A stretch of DNA of 63,598 nucleotides, counting the filler, from Reclinomonas americana ATCC 50394 (lineage: Eukaryota), in NCBI GenBank assembly GCA_048213135.1. It is 7 parts of 3 records of this genome, joined end to end, with 100 filler letters (N's around TTAATTAATTAA, not from the genome) between each part and the next. Parts side by side here need not be neighbours in the genome. Positions count along the whole stretch, not along the records: positions 11,886 to 24,676 come from PS015701.1; positions 24,777 to 36,038 come from PS015701.1; 5 more parts are not named here. One strand, written 5' to 3'. Below the pieces are notes generated by a model. That model had not been told where the DNA came from and ran no database searches. It was given only the letters and a program-made list of their open reading frames with translations. Both the position numbers and the translations under genes were made by a program. Position 1 is the stretch's first letter. The number at the start of each line of letters is the position of its first letter. Below are positions 12,488 to 25,435 of this stretch, in pieces.

Positions 12488-13446
12488 GTATGNNNNNNNN
12501 NNNNNNNNNNNNNNNNNNNNNNNNNNNNNNNNNNNNNNNNNNNNNNNNNNNNNNNNNNNNNNNNNNNNNNNNNNNNNNNNNNNNNNNNNNNNNNNNNNNN
12601 NNNNNNNNNNNNNNNNNNNNNNNNNNNNNNNNNNNNNNNNNNNNNNNNNNNNNNNNNNNNNNNNNNNNNNNNNNNNNNNNNNNNNNNNNNNNNNNNNNNN
12701 NNNNNNNNNNNNNNNNNNNNNNNNNNNNNNNNNNNNNNNNNNNNNNNNNNNNNNNNNNNNNNNNNNNNNNNNNNNNNNNNNNNNNNNNNNNNNNNNAATG
12801 CACGCGAAGGGACATATAACTCTCACCGCTGCTGACGACTACCACTTCCGGCAGCTCGGTTCTGTACGGCAGCCATTCCTCTTCCTCTTCCCGCGCACGT
12901 GTCGACAAAGTGCAGTGATGGATAGGAGGGAAACACTTGTGTCCTATCACATTTTGATTTTCCGACCAGACGTCGACTTCAGCACTTGTCACTGCTCCGC
13001 GTGAAGCTGGGTTGCGTGACAACTCGAGCCAACGATGCACCCTTGTCACCAAGCCGAGCAGTTGGCCATGAAGCTGATGAGCGTCCAACTGATAACGCTG
13101 TAATCACTTTGATCATGAGCACAACTGAAGGACGTGCTGCCGCGGTTGCAAGGCGCCACGTATGCGCAACAATCGATCTTCACCATCGACACGCAGCCGT
13201 TTGCTTTACCGCCGATGAGCAAAAAGCGCTGATCTACGCCTTTCGAGCAACTGAGGTCTGAACGACAGCAGCTGCCGTGCCGTGCGACAAGCAGTAGTAT
13301 TCTCACTTCAGCATTCAGTTTCCCTCGAGTGATATTGAAGACGACCTGCATGACTGCATCATTGTGCAAACCATTAACACCATAAACAAGCGACAAAACC
13401 CTCTCCTCATTCCGCCTCTGTCTCTCCTCCTCAGTTCCTCTCCAAT

Positions 13447-16400
13447 TCACAGCTCCATGGTGAATCCACCCAGCCTTTCTCTTAGATCGCGCATCACTAT
13501 CCTTGCCTCCGCCGCAGTTGGTCTGTCATAGAACAGCGACATACATCTGCACAGAAAGCAAGCGAAGTGAGTGGTGAGTCAACTCTTCTCTCTCTCTTCT
13601 CCGTCGGACGCAACTGCACCCCCAACCGCAGCATCCCGCTCGCCACATCCGCCGGCCACTCACCCGCACTGAGGTCTGCCTCTTCTGCACCGTCCACCGA
13701 CTCGAGTGACCGTTCCCACCGCGCAGCCTGTCCCACCAGAGTGCGCGCCTCGCGACCCGTCAGCAGCTGCAACAAGATGACACCGAATGCGTGCAGATCC
13801 ATGGCTGCACGAATCTCGCCCGAGCGGAAGAAGAGTGGATCGGTGTAGTACGAGGAACCGGCGTGTTTGGCGGTGTGGTGGTGGGTCTGTGTGCGGGGAG
13901 AGAGGGGGATGAGAAGAGAATGGCGAAGAGGGATGCATTCTCTGTTCGTGAACTCATGCTCTCGACGTGCTCTCAAGACACAATCTCTACCCATGCGAGA
14001 GTGAACAATGATATTCTGTCTATTCTCTTTGCGACGAGGAAAAACGATGTGCAACTCATCCTCTCAACGTGGAGAGGCGAGTACACGTTTACCTTCCTCT
14101 CACCCGTTGCATAAATCACAGGTCCACGATCACGGAGACACGGAGAACGAGAGAGTATTCTCGTGCACCAGAGTAGCGAAGGAAATAAGTGTGGACACAA
14201 AATGAGCAAGGCGATCACGCTGAGGAATGGAGAAAGAGTGCACATGTACGACAAACATGAACGCTCCATCGATCGCGCTACAAGCACCTGCTAAGTTTCG
14301 ATGACAGTCATGGAAGAATCCACTCGACAAAGAGAGTGAGAAGAGGAAAGAAGACGAGCTCTGGGTCTCCAACAAGCAACTGTGCAAGGGGATCGACAGA
14401 GCGAGCACACCAACGTAGAAGAAGAAGAAAATCATCTCACTCTTCGACACTCACCTCACCCTCATCGAAAATGCGCGCAATGCCAAAGTCACCGAGTCGC
14501 GGCTCACATCGATTGTCAAGCAGAATGTTGGATGGTTTGAGATCGCGATGCACGACGCCATTCTGAAAGGAGAGAAAGTGAGGGTGATGGTGGAAGGCAG
14601 GTGAACATTCGGAAGGAGAGGGTAATGGTCCCCGAGAATGCATGACGACGAGAAAGGAACGACGGGCCGAGAAAGTATCGACAAATGGCAGATTGTGGGA
14701 GAGGTGGAAAAGAAGACAGCGGTGCATGTACATAGCAAATGATGGTATCCACAAGTGAACTGTCGAAAGTGAGAAGCACGACTAGAGAAAGACAAGAAAC
14801 AGAACCCAACGACAGACAACTCAAGGAAGACGAGTGCCCGCCCACTCTCCGCTGACGATAACCAAAGACACAACCAACTGAGCAGAGAAGAATCACACGA
14901 TGCTCTCGCATCAACCAAAGACACAAACAAAGATTGCTCTCGCCAAGCAGAGCAGCAGAGGGAGTCTGCTGCCTCACTCACCTGATGCAGGAAACACATG
15001 CCCTCAACAATTCCAAGTCCGATTTGCACACGCTCCACCACCGTCAGTGGCTGCATCCCGTCCTTCCGCTTCATGAGTCGCACCTCCAAATCTTGTCCAC
15101 TGTGTGCGAAGCGAGTGAGGCGAGAAGAAGAAGGGAATGCAGAGAGAAAAGGAAAGAAGCAAAAGGAGGAGACAATGCGCTTGGTTGAAGAATGACGATC
15201 TCTGGAAGGTGCTCATTGTTGTATATGGATCAGTGAAGATTCAGATTATTACAAGGAGTGAGAGAGAGAAAGAGACTCAATGAGGGGAGGTGGAGGAAAC
15301 AGCGGAGAGAGCAAGTAAACGGGGATGAACAGAAGAGAATCAACAAACCAACCGCCTCGTCACACTTCCCTCCACCAACTCACCGCATTGCTCGATACAC
15401 CAAACATCGCCCTCGCACACCGCCACCCTCCACCAGCGTGGAATAACCCAAAAGCGGAACAAGTCGGCGATGATGTAGTCGTCCAATCGTGTTCAACTGG
15501 CATGAGGAGAAGTGAGCAACAGCTTAATCCCATCCCCTCCTGCTGCAACAGACCTCGGCATCGTACGACTCCATCGCCGATGGCGCAGCACCATCCAGTC
15601 GCTTGACAGCCACCTCTTCCTCGTTCAGCCAACACAGATACACGTCACCATGACCGCCTTCGCCGGCCTTCAAGTCGTCGGAGAAGGATTCGGTGGCCCG
15701 CACAATGTCAGGCCAGGGGTATTCGCGCAGGCGATTGGGATCCGCGGCTGCAGATGGGGAAAGGAGAGAGAGAGGTTCAGAGCGATAGTACGCAGAGAAG
15801 AGGCGCATCGCTCTCTCGCACCTTGGAGAGAAGCCAGCTCGCGGCGCAAGCGACCGACCTCATGGGTGAGATCGACCCGCTCACTGGCAAACAGTTGCGC
15901 CTGCTGTTCCAGTTCACGCTGCAGCTGCGCGACACGCTGCTCCAATACGGCATTGGTTTGTCGAAGTTCCTCGTGCTGCCGCTCGAGTTGCTGCTGCTGC
16001 TGCTCTCGCTCACGGCGGTATGCGTCGTATTCATGCCGAAGATGAGAAATGATGGCGTCCTTGTCGGCGAGCTGTCGGGCCACCGCGGAGGAGTCGTCCA
16101 CAGCCTGCAGGTAACAAGGAGGTCGGAAAGAGTAGAGAGAAAGAGAGCGACAAGAAACCACCAGAGACGGTACGCGAATGGACTGATATGGGAAGGAATG
16201 CGCAGATTCTCACCTGCCGCTGTGGCGAAGCTGCTGCTGGCAAACGAGCAACTTTGATGATGGGGACGGAGTAGGAACACAAAGTCACGAAGTGCAGGTC
16301 AGCATGTGCAAGGGAGAGCCAACAGCACACGTCAGAGAAAGACCTGGAGGCGAAGATCGCGGCTGCAGTTGTTGTTGTTGTTGTTGACGAGGTGGTGCTG

Positions 16401-17059
16401 GTTGCGCAGCGAGGCGGTCGAGCAACTCGACCACGTGTTCGTGGCCTGTAATGCGTGCCCATTGAGCCGCCGTCCTGCCCTTCTTGTCGACTATGGGAAT
16501 GAGGTCGGAAAAGCGTGTGGCAAGGAGTCGCACAATGGCTTTGTGGCCCCAGGCGGCAGCCCAATGCAGTGCAGTGGACTGTGGATTCGGATGACGATCA
16601 TTGGTACCCGCCCGCACCATCTCCGGCGGACATCGTCGCTCATCGGCCAGCAACCACTCGACCACTTGCAGATGCTCTTCATCGGCAGCAACCATCAGCG
16701 GTGTCTGGCCAGTATCGGTGACCACCAGTGCAAGTTCCGGACCGACGCCACTCTCCTCCCACAAATACTCCAACACAGAGAGATGGCCTCCGTGAGCGGC
16801 ACGGTAAAATGCCGAGCAGCCCTTGTGCATCTCCTCTCTCTTCAGCAGAGTGTGTGCACCCTCGCGTACCACCAACTCGCGCAGTGCCTTCACATTGCCA
16901 TTCCACGCCATCTCCCAAGCTTTCTTCCTGCAAAACACAACAAGCAGAGAGAGTGAGTTTGCACAGAGATCGATCGGACAATATCACACACATTCACACA
17001 CGCACACACCTCTCAACACCACCACTCCCCCCCACAGCTCCCCTGCGCGCCGCGCTCAT
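13447..17059 (-). CDS. Ankyrin-repeat / coiled-coil / IRAK-Pelle-like protein kinase, copy A (10 exons, ~600 aa)
   Basis: MSAARRG..|KKAWEM..ANK exon (~16927-16344)|[13 protein letters not shown]|coiled-coil exon|..[113 protein letters not shown]..|[15 protein letters not shown]. All junctions GT-AG and in phase. Confidence 0.9.
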
Positions 17060-17559
17060 CCTCCCCAACAACGACAGGAACGAAGTCGTGACAGAAGTGT
17101 CCTGCAAGTTTCGTTCACTTTGTCGTTTTCGCTTTCTCCATTTCCCTCCATCACTCGCGACTCCACTAACGCACACAGCCATCGAACTTCACGTGTGTGA
17201 CAGAGTAAACACACGCGCAAACAGAACTCAACAAGTCGACGTTCATCACGACGTCGCAATTCCGTAAGTTCAAGCTTTAAGTACCCTCCGCCGACCGACG
17301 TATGAGGTTCCTCATCGCACACCTTCATTAACGCGCTCAACATTTCCCTGCTCTCATCGAACGACGACGTTGCCTCGACGGCTGTGCATGCACTGAACTC
17401 TCGCTCGGAGTCGCCAAGCGTGGCGGGCTGCACGGTGACTGGCCGCAGTCAACATCGACAGTCCTCCAGTCACCTGCCAACGGCACAGGCGACAGATGTG
17501 GCCACAAAAACAGGAGGGCACCTGGGTTGCAATGCACCTTCCATTCCCTTGTTGTCTCT

Positions 17560-20500
17560 TCACAGCTCCATGGTGAAGCAACCCAGTCGCTCTCGCAGAT
17601 CACGCATCACCGTCCTTGCCTCCGCCGCAGTTGGTCTGTCAAAGTACAGCGACATGCATCTGCACAGAGAGCAAGCGAAGTGAGTGGTGATTCAGCTTTC
17701 TCTCTCTCCTTCTACTCCTCCTCGAGCTCGCACGCAACTGCACTCCCAACCGCAACATCCCGCTCGCCACATCCGCCGGCCACTCGCCCGCAGCAAGATC
17801 CGCCTCCTCCGCACCGTCCGCCGACTCGAGTGACCGTTCCCACCGCGAAGCCTGTCCCACCACCGCACGTGCGTCGCGACCGGTCAACAACTGCAGCAAG
17901 ATGACGCCGAATGCGTGCAGATCCATGGCTGCACGGATCTCGCCTGCGCGTACGAACAGCGGGTCGATGTAGTACGAGGAGCCGGCGTGCTTGGCGGTGT
18001 GGTGGTGGGTCTGTGCGCGGGGGTATGAGAGGAGAACGACGAAGAAAGATGCATTCTCTATTCGTGAACTCATGCTCTCGCCGTGCTCTCAAGACACAAT
18101 CTTCACATATGAGAGTGCACAACGACAATCATTCCATTCTCTCTGCGACGAGAAATCGCTGTGCAACTCAACTTCATACCGCGGAGACAGTCGAGCGCAC
18201 GATCCTCTTTCTTTCACTCATGCACGAGTCGAGGGCGCGTGACCAATGAGACACGGAGAACGAGAGAGCATTCTCGTGCACCACAGTCGCGAAGGAAATG
18301 AGTGTGGACACAGAATGAGCAAGGCAATCACTCTCAGGAAAGGAGAAAGGGTGCATATGTACAACAAACATGAACGCTCCATCGATCGCGCTGCAAGCAC
18401 CTGCTAAGCTTCGATGACAGCCATGAAAGAATCCACTCGACACCGAGAATGAGAAGTGGAAAGAAGACGAGCTCTGGGTCTCCAACAAGCAACCCGATTC
18501 GAGATAGATAAAATGAGTGAAACGCACACCAACAACAAAGAAGTGGAGAAGTATCTTCCTGCTATTCTCCATCTGCTGACACGCACTCACCTCCCCCTCA
18601 TCGAATATGCGAGCAATACCAAAGTCACCGAGGCGTGGCTCACATCGGTTGTCAAGCAGAATGTTGGATGGTTTGAGATCGCGATGCACGACGCCGTTCT
18701 GATAGGAGAGAAAGTGAGGGTGATGGTGGAAGAGAAGAAGAACATTTGGAGAGAGAGGGCGATGGTCGCCGAGAATGCATGACGACGAGAAAGGAACGAC
18801 GGGCCGAGAAAGTATCGACAAATGGCAGATTGTGGGAGAGGTAGAGGAGAAGAAAAGAAAGATCACCAACACGTGCGTGCATGTACATAGCAAATGATGG
18901 CATCTACAAGTGAACTGTCGAGAGTGAGAAGAACGACTAGAGAAAAGACAGGAAACACAATCCAACGGCAGACAACTCAAGGAAGACGAGTGCCCGCCCA
19001 CTCTCCGCTGACAACAACCAAAGATACAGCCTAATGAACAAGAAAGAGCCTCACGATGCTCTCACGAAAAAAGGCACAAACAAGGATTACTCTCGCCAAC
19101 CAAGCCAGCCGAGGAGCTGTACATGGAGTCTGCCGCCTCACTCACCTGGTGCAAGAAACACATGCCCTCAACAATGCCGAGACCGATTTGCACACGCTCC
19201 ACCACCGTCAGTGGCTGCATCCCGTCCTTCCGCTTCATGAGTCGCACCTCCAGATCCTGTCCGCTGTGTGCGAAGCAAGGGAGGTGAGAGGAAGAAGGGA
19301 ATGCAGAGAGAATAGGAAAGAAGCAAAAGGAGGAGACAATGCGCTTGGTTGAATAAGAATGACGATCTCTGGAAGGTGCTCATTGTTGTGTGTGGAGCAG
19401 TGACGATTCAGATTATTATTTCTAGGAGAGAGAGGGAGAACGAGAAACAATGACGGGAGGTGGAGAGCAAACAGGGGGAGAGACGGATATGATGCAAGTA
19501 AACGGGAGTGCACAGAAGAGAATCAACAAACCAACCGCCTCGTCACACTTCCCCCACCGACTCACCGCATGGCTCGATACACCAAACATCGCCCTCGAAC
19601 ACCACCACCCTCCACCAGTGTGGAGTAACCCAGCAGTGGAACAAGTCGACGATGATGCAGCCGTCCAATCGTGTTCAACTGGCATGAGGAGAAGTGAGCA
19701 ACAGCTTAATCCCATCCCCTCCTGCTTCAACAGACCTCGGTATCGTACGACTCCATTGCCGATGGCGCAGCACCATCCAGTCGCTTGACAGCCACATCTT
19801 CCTCGCTCAGCCAACAAAGATACACCTCACCATGACCGCCCTCGCCAGCCTTAAGGTCGCTGGAGAAGGATTCGGTGGCGCGTAGAATGTCAGGCCAGGC
19901 GTACTCGCGCAGGCGATTGGGATCTGCGGCTGCGTGAGAGAAGGAGAGAGAGAGAGGTTCAGAGTGACGGTACGCAGAGAAGTGGTGCATCGCTCTCAGT
20001 CATACCTTGGAGGGTGGCTAGCTCGCGGCGCAAACGACTGTTTTCATGCGTGAGATCGACCCGCTCACTGGCAAACAGCTGCGACTGCTGTTCCAGTTCA
20101 CGCTGCAGCTGCGCGACACGCTGCTCCAATACGGCATTGGTTTGTCGAAGTTCCTCGTGCTGCCGCTCGAGTTGCTGCTGCTGCTGCTCTCGCTCATGGC
20201 GGTATGCGTCGTATTCATGCCGAAGATGAGACATGATGGCGTCCTTGTCGGCGAGCTGTCGGGCCACCGCGGAGGAGTCGTCCACAGCCTGCAGGTAACA
20301 AGGAGGTCGGAAAGAGTAGAGAGAAAGAGAGCGACAAGAAACCAACAGAGACGGTACGCGAATGGACTGATATTGTAAGGAATGCGCAGATTCTCACCTG
20401 CCGCTGTGGCGAAGCTGCTGCTGGCACACGAGCAAATTCGATGATGGGGACGGAGTAGGAACACAAAGTCACGAAGTGCAGGTCAGCATGTGCAACGGAG

Positions 20501-21228
20501 AGACAACAGCACAAGGCAGAGAAAGACCTGGAGGCGGGGGTCGCGGTTGCTGTTGTTGCTGTTGGGGTGGTGGCGCTGGTTGCGCAGCGAGGCGGTCGAG
20601 TAACTCGGCCACTTGCTGGTGGCCTTTGCCGCGTGCCCACTGAGCCGCCGTCTTGCCCGCCTTGTCGACCACGGGAACGAGGTCGGGAAAGCGCGTGGCG
20701 AGGAGTCGCACAATGGCTTCGTGTCCATTCAAGGCAGCCCAATGCAGAGCAGTGGACTGTGAAGTGATGCCATGATCATTGGTGACGGCCCGCACCATCC
20801 CCGACGGGCACCGTCGCTCATCGGCAAGCAACCACTCCACCACTTGCAGATGCCCATTGTAGGCAGCGATCATCAGCGGTGTCTCGCCATAATCGGTGAC
20901 CACCAGTGCGAGTTCCGGACCGACACCACTCTCCTCCCACAAATACTCCAACAAGGAGAGATGGCCTTTCACAGCGGCAGCATAAAATGCCGAGGAGCCA
21001 AGCTCATTCATCTCCTCTCTCTTCAGCAGAGTGCGTGCATCCTCACGCGCCACCAACTCGCGCAGTGCCTTCACATCGCCATTCCACGCCATCTCCCAAG
21101 CTTTCTTCCTAGCAAAGAGAGTGAGTTTGCTTCAGAGATCGATCGGACAACATCACACACATTCACACACGCACACACCTCCGAGCGCCACCACTCCCCC
21201 CCACAGCTCCCCTGCGCGCCGCGCTCAT
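17560..21228 (-). CDS. ANK-CC-IRAK/Pelle-like kinase, copy B
   Basis: Same exon structure and motifs as copy A; ANK exon ~21107-20528. Confidence 0.9.
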
Positions 21229-21718
21229 CCTCCCCAACAACGACAGGAACGAAGTCGTGACAGAAGTGTCCTGCAAGTTTCTTCCAACTTCGTCGTTTTC
21301 CCCTTTCCTTCCCTCGCTCACTCGCGGTTCGACTAACGCACACAGCCATCGAACTTCACGTGTGCGACAGAGTAAATACCCGCACAAACAGAACTGAACA
21401 AAGTCGACGTTCATTACGACGTCGCCATTCCGTAAGTTCAAACTTAAGTACCCTTCGCCGACCGACATATGAGGTTCCTTATCGCACACCTTCATTATCG
21501 TGCTCAGCATTCTCCTGCTCTCATTTCGAGCGACGACGTTGCCTCGATGGCTGGTCACTGAAATCTTGCTCGGAGTTACTCAGCAGGCTGCACGGTGACT
21601 GGCCGCAGTCAACATCGACAGTCCTCCAGTCACCTGCCAACGGCACAGGCGGCAGATGTGGCCACGAAAGCAGGAGGGCACCTGGATTGCAATGCACCTT
21701 CCACTCTCTTCCGTCTCT

Positions 21719-24676
21719 TCACAGCTCCATGGTGAAGCCACCGAGCCTCTCTCGCAGATCACGCATCACCATCCTCGCCTCCGCCGCAGTTGGTCTGTCA
21801 AAGTACAGCGACATGCACCTGTAATAGCCATTGTAAGTGGTGATCCAACTCTTCTCTCCCTCTTCTCCTCCTCGCACGCAACTGCACTCCTAACCGCAGC
21901 ATCCCACTCGCTACATCCGCTGGCCACTCACCCGCACTGAGGTCCGCCTCCTCTGCACCGTCCACCGACTCGAGTGACCGCTCCCACCGCGCAGCCTGTC
22001 CCACCACCGCACGTGCGTCGCGACCGGTCAGCAGCTGCAGCAAGATGACGCCGAATGCGTGCAGATCCATGGAGGTGCGAATGTCACCTGCGCGTACGAA
22101 AAGCGGGTCGATGTAGTACGAGGAGCCGGCGTGCTTGCAAGTGTGGTGGTGGGTCTGTGCGCGGGGGTATGAGAGGAGAACGACGAAGAGAGATGCATTC
22201 TCTGTTCGTGAACTCGCTCTCAAGTCACGATCGCTACACATGCGAGAGTGAATAATGACATTCTGTCTCTTCTCTCCGCGACGAGAATTGTTGTGCAACT
22301 CATCCTCTCAACGGGGAGACAGACGAGTACACGTTTACCTTTCTCTCACCTATTGCACAAATCACAGGTCCACGATCAAGGAGACTTGGAGTACGAGAGT
22401 AGTTCTCATGCACCAGAGTTGCGAAAAAAGTGAGCGGACACAGAATGAGCAAGGCGATCACTCTCAGGAATGGAGAAAGAGTGCACATGTACAACAAGCA
22501 CGAATGCCCCACTCATCGCGCTGCAAGCACCTGCTAAGTCTCGATGACAGAAACGAAAGAACCCACTCGACAGAGTGAGAAGTGGAAAGTGAGAATAGGT
22601 GCTCTGGGTCTCCAGCACGCAACTGCGCGATATCGATAAAACGTGCGCAGTGCGCCCCAAGAAAGGAGAGGAGAAGCATCTTCCCGTGCTATCATCCATC
22701 TTCCTGCACAGACACTCACCTCCCCTTCGTCAAAAATACGCGCAATGCCAAAGTCACCGAGGCGTGGCTCACATCGATTGTCAAGCAGAATGTTGGATGG
22801 TTTGAGATCGCGATGCACAACGCCGTTCTGAGAGGAGAGAGAGAGAGAGAAAGTGAGTGTGATGGTGGAAGAGAAGAAGAAGGCATTTGGAAGGAGAGGG
22901 CGATGGTCTCCGAGGATGCATGACGACGAGAAAGGAACGACGGGCCGAGAAAGTATCGACAAATGGCAGATTGTGGGTGAGATGGAAGAGAAGACAGGTA
23001 AGATCACCAACACGAGCGGTGCAAACACATAGCAAACGATGGTATCGACAAATGAACTGTCGAGAGTGAGAAGCATGCCTAGAGAAAAGACAAGAAACAG
23101 AATCCAACGACAGACAACTCAAGGAAGACGAGTGCTCGGCCAGCCTCGGCTGACAAAAACCAAAGACAACAGCGTTATCAACAAAGAAGAGTCTCTCGAT
23201 GCTCTCATCAACCAAAGACACATACAAAGATTACTCTCGCCAACAGGGAAACTGTCGCTTCACTCACCTGATGCAAGAAGCACATGCCCTCTACAATTCC
23301 GAGTCCGATTTGCACACGCTCCACCACCGTCAGCGGCTGCATCCCGTCCTTCCGCTTCATGAGTCGCACCTCCAGATCCTGTCCACTGCGTGCGAAAGCA
23401 AGGGAGGTGAGGAAGAAGGGGATGCAGAGAGAAATGGAAAGAAGCAAAAGGAGGAGACAATGCGCTTGGTTGAAGAAGAATGATGATCTCTGGAAGGTGC
23501 TCATTGTGTATGGATCAGTGAAGATTCAGATTATTATTCCTAGGAGAGAGAAAAAGAAAGAGAAACAATGAAGGGAGATGGAGAGCAAACAGGGGGAGAG
23601 ACATATATTATGCAAGTAAACGGGACTGCACAGATGAGAATCAATAAACCAACCGCCTCATCACACTTCCGCCACCAACTCACCGCATGGCTCGATACAC
23701 CAAACATCGCCCTCGAACACCACCACCCTCCACCAGTGTGGAGTATCCCAGCAGCGGAACAAGTCGGCGATGATGTAGTCGTCCGATCGTGTTCAACTGG
23801 GGAGAGCGAGAATGAGCGAGTGACAATCCCAATACCATCTCCTTCTGGCATCACGTACTTCCGCATCGTACGACTCCATTGCCGATGGCGCAGCACCATC
23901 CAGTCGCTTGACAGCCACCTCTTCCTCGTTCAGCCAGCACAGAAACACGTCACCTTGGCCGCCTTCGCCGGCCTTCAGGTCGTCGGAGAAGGATTCAGTG
24001 GCGCGTAGAATGTCGGGCCACGCGTATTCGCGCAGGCGATTAGGATCGGCGGCTGCAGATGGGGAAAGGAGAAAGAAAGGTTTAGAGTGACGGTTCGAAG
24101 AGCAGAAATGCGTCTCTCTCACGCGCACCTTGGAGGGTGGCAAGCTCGCGGCGCAAACGACCGACCTCATGGGTGAAATCGACTCGCTCACTGGCAAACA
24201 GTTGCGTCTGTTGTTCCAGTTCACGCTGCAGCTGCGAGACACGCTGCTCCAACATGACATTAGCCTGTCGAAGTACCTCATGCTGCCGCTCATACTCCCG
24301 CAGCTGCTGCTCTCGCTCGTGTCGATATGCGTCGTATTCACGCTGCAGATGAGCGACACGCTGCTCGTGCTCTCGTCGCTGCTGCTCAGCTTGTCGCTCA
24401 TACTCCCGCTGCTGCTGTTGTTCTCGCTCCTGTCGACATGCATCGTATTCGCGCTGCAGACTGGCAATGGTGGAGTCCTTGTCGGCGAGCTGACGCGCCA
24501 TCGCAGCAATGCCGTCAACGGCCTGCAAGGAACGAACGCGAGAGGGTGAGAGAAAAGTGAGTCGAAGGCTGTCAGGTGGAGGGCGACTCACCTGCTGCTG
24601 CTGTTTGGCTGAGGAACACATCAAAAGGAAACGTCATCAAGCGATGGAACAAAAAACGCAATCGCCAACGAAAGGG
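21719..24676 (-). CDS. ANK-CC-IRAK/Pelle-like kinase, copy C (5' exons missing at gap; long coiled coil)
   Basis: All kinase exons and an extended coiled-coil exon are present; sequence stops at the gap inside the intron following the ANK exon. Confidence 0.85.
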
Positions 24677-25435
24677 NNNNNNNNNNNNNNNNNNNNNNNN
24701 NNNNNNNNNNNNNNNNNNNNTTAATTAATTAANNNNNNNNNNNNNNNNNNNNNNNNNNNNNNNNNNNNNNNNNNNNAGTGCACGCGAAGGGACACATCAC
24801 TCTCACCGCTGCTGACGACTACCACTTCCGGCAGCTCGGTTCTGTACGGCAGCCATTCCTCTTCCTCTTTCCGCGCACGCGCGATGCAACAAAAAAAGGG
24901 AAACACCTCGTGTCCTGCTGATTCTCCGACGTCGACTTTAGTTCTTGTCACTGCTCCGCGTGAAGCTGGGTTGCGTGACAACTCGAGCCAACGGTGCATC
25001 CTTGTCACCAAGCCGCGCAGCTGACCATGGAGCTCAAGAATCCTGAACTAATAAGCTGTAAGCGCATTATGCACCTCTCACGTTGTGCTGCTGCGGTTGA
25101 AAGGCGCCACACATGCGCGACTGTCGGTCTTCACTGTCGAAACGCAGCCGTTTGCTTTTACCACCGATGAGCAAGGGCGCTGGTCTGCGCCATTCGAGCA
25201 ACTGAGGTCTGAACGACAGAAGCTGTCGTCAGCACCTCAACTGGTGCCTGGAAACCAGCAACTCACAATGCCGTGCAACAAGCAGTAGTATTCTCACTTC
25301 AGCATTCAGTTTCCCTCGAGTGACATTGAAGACGACCTGCATGACTGCATCATTGCAAACCATTAACACCATAAACAAGCGACAAAACCCTCTCCTCATT
25401 CCGCCTCTGTCTCTCCTCCTCAGTTCCTCTCCAAT

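Noticed and set aside
13887..14454. Conserved ~550 bp intron inside the activation loop as possible alternative exons
   Set aside because: Direct splicing gives a normal DFG-to-subdomain-VIII length; intronic frames carry copy-specific stops and indels. Similarity is explained by recent duplication.
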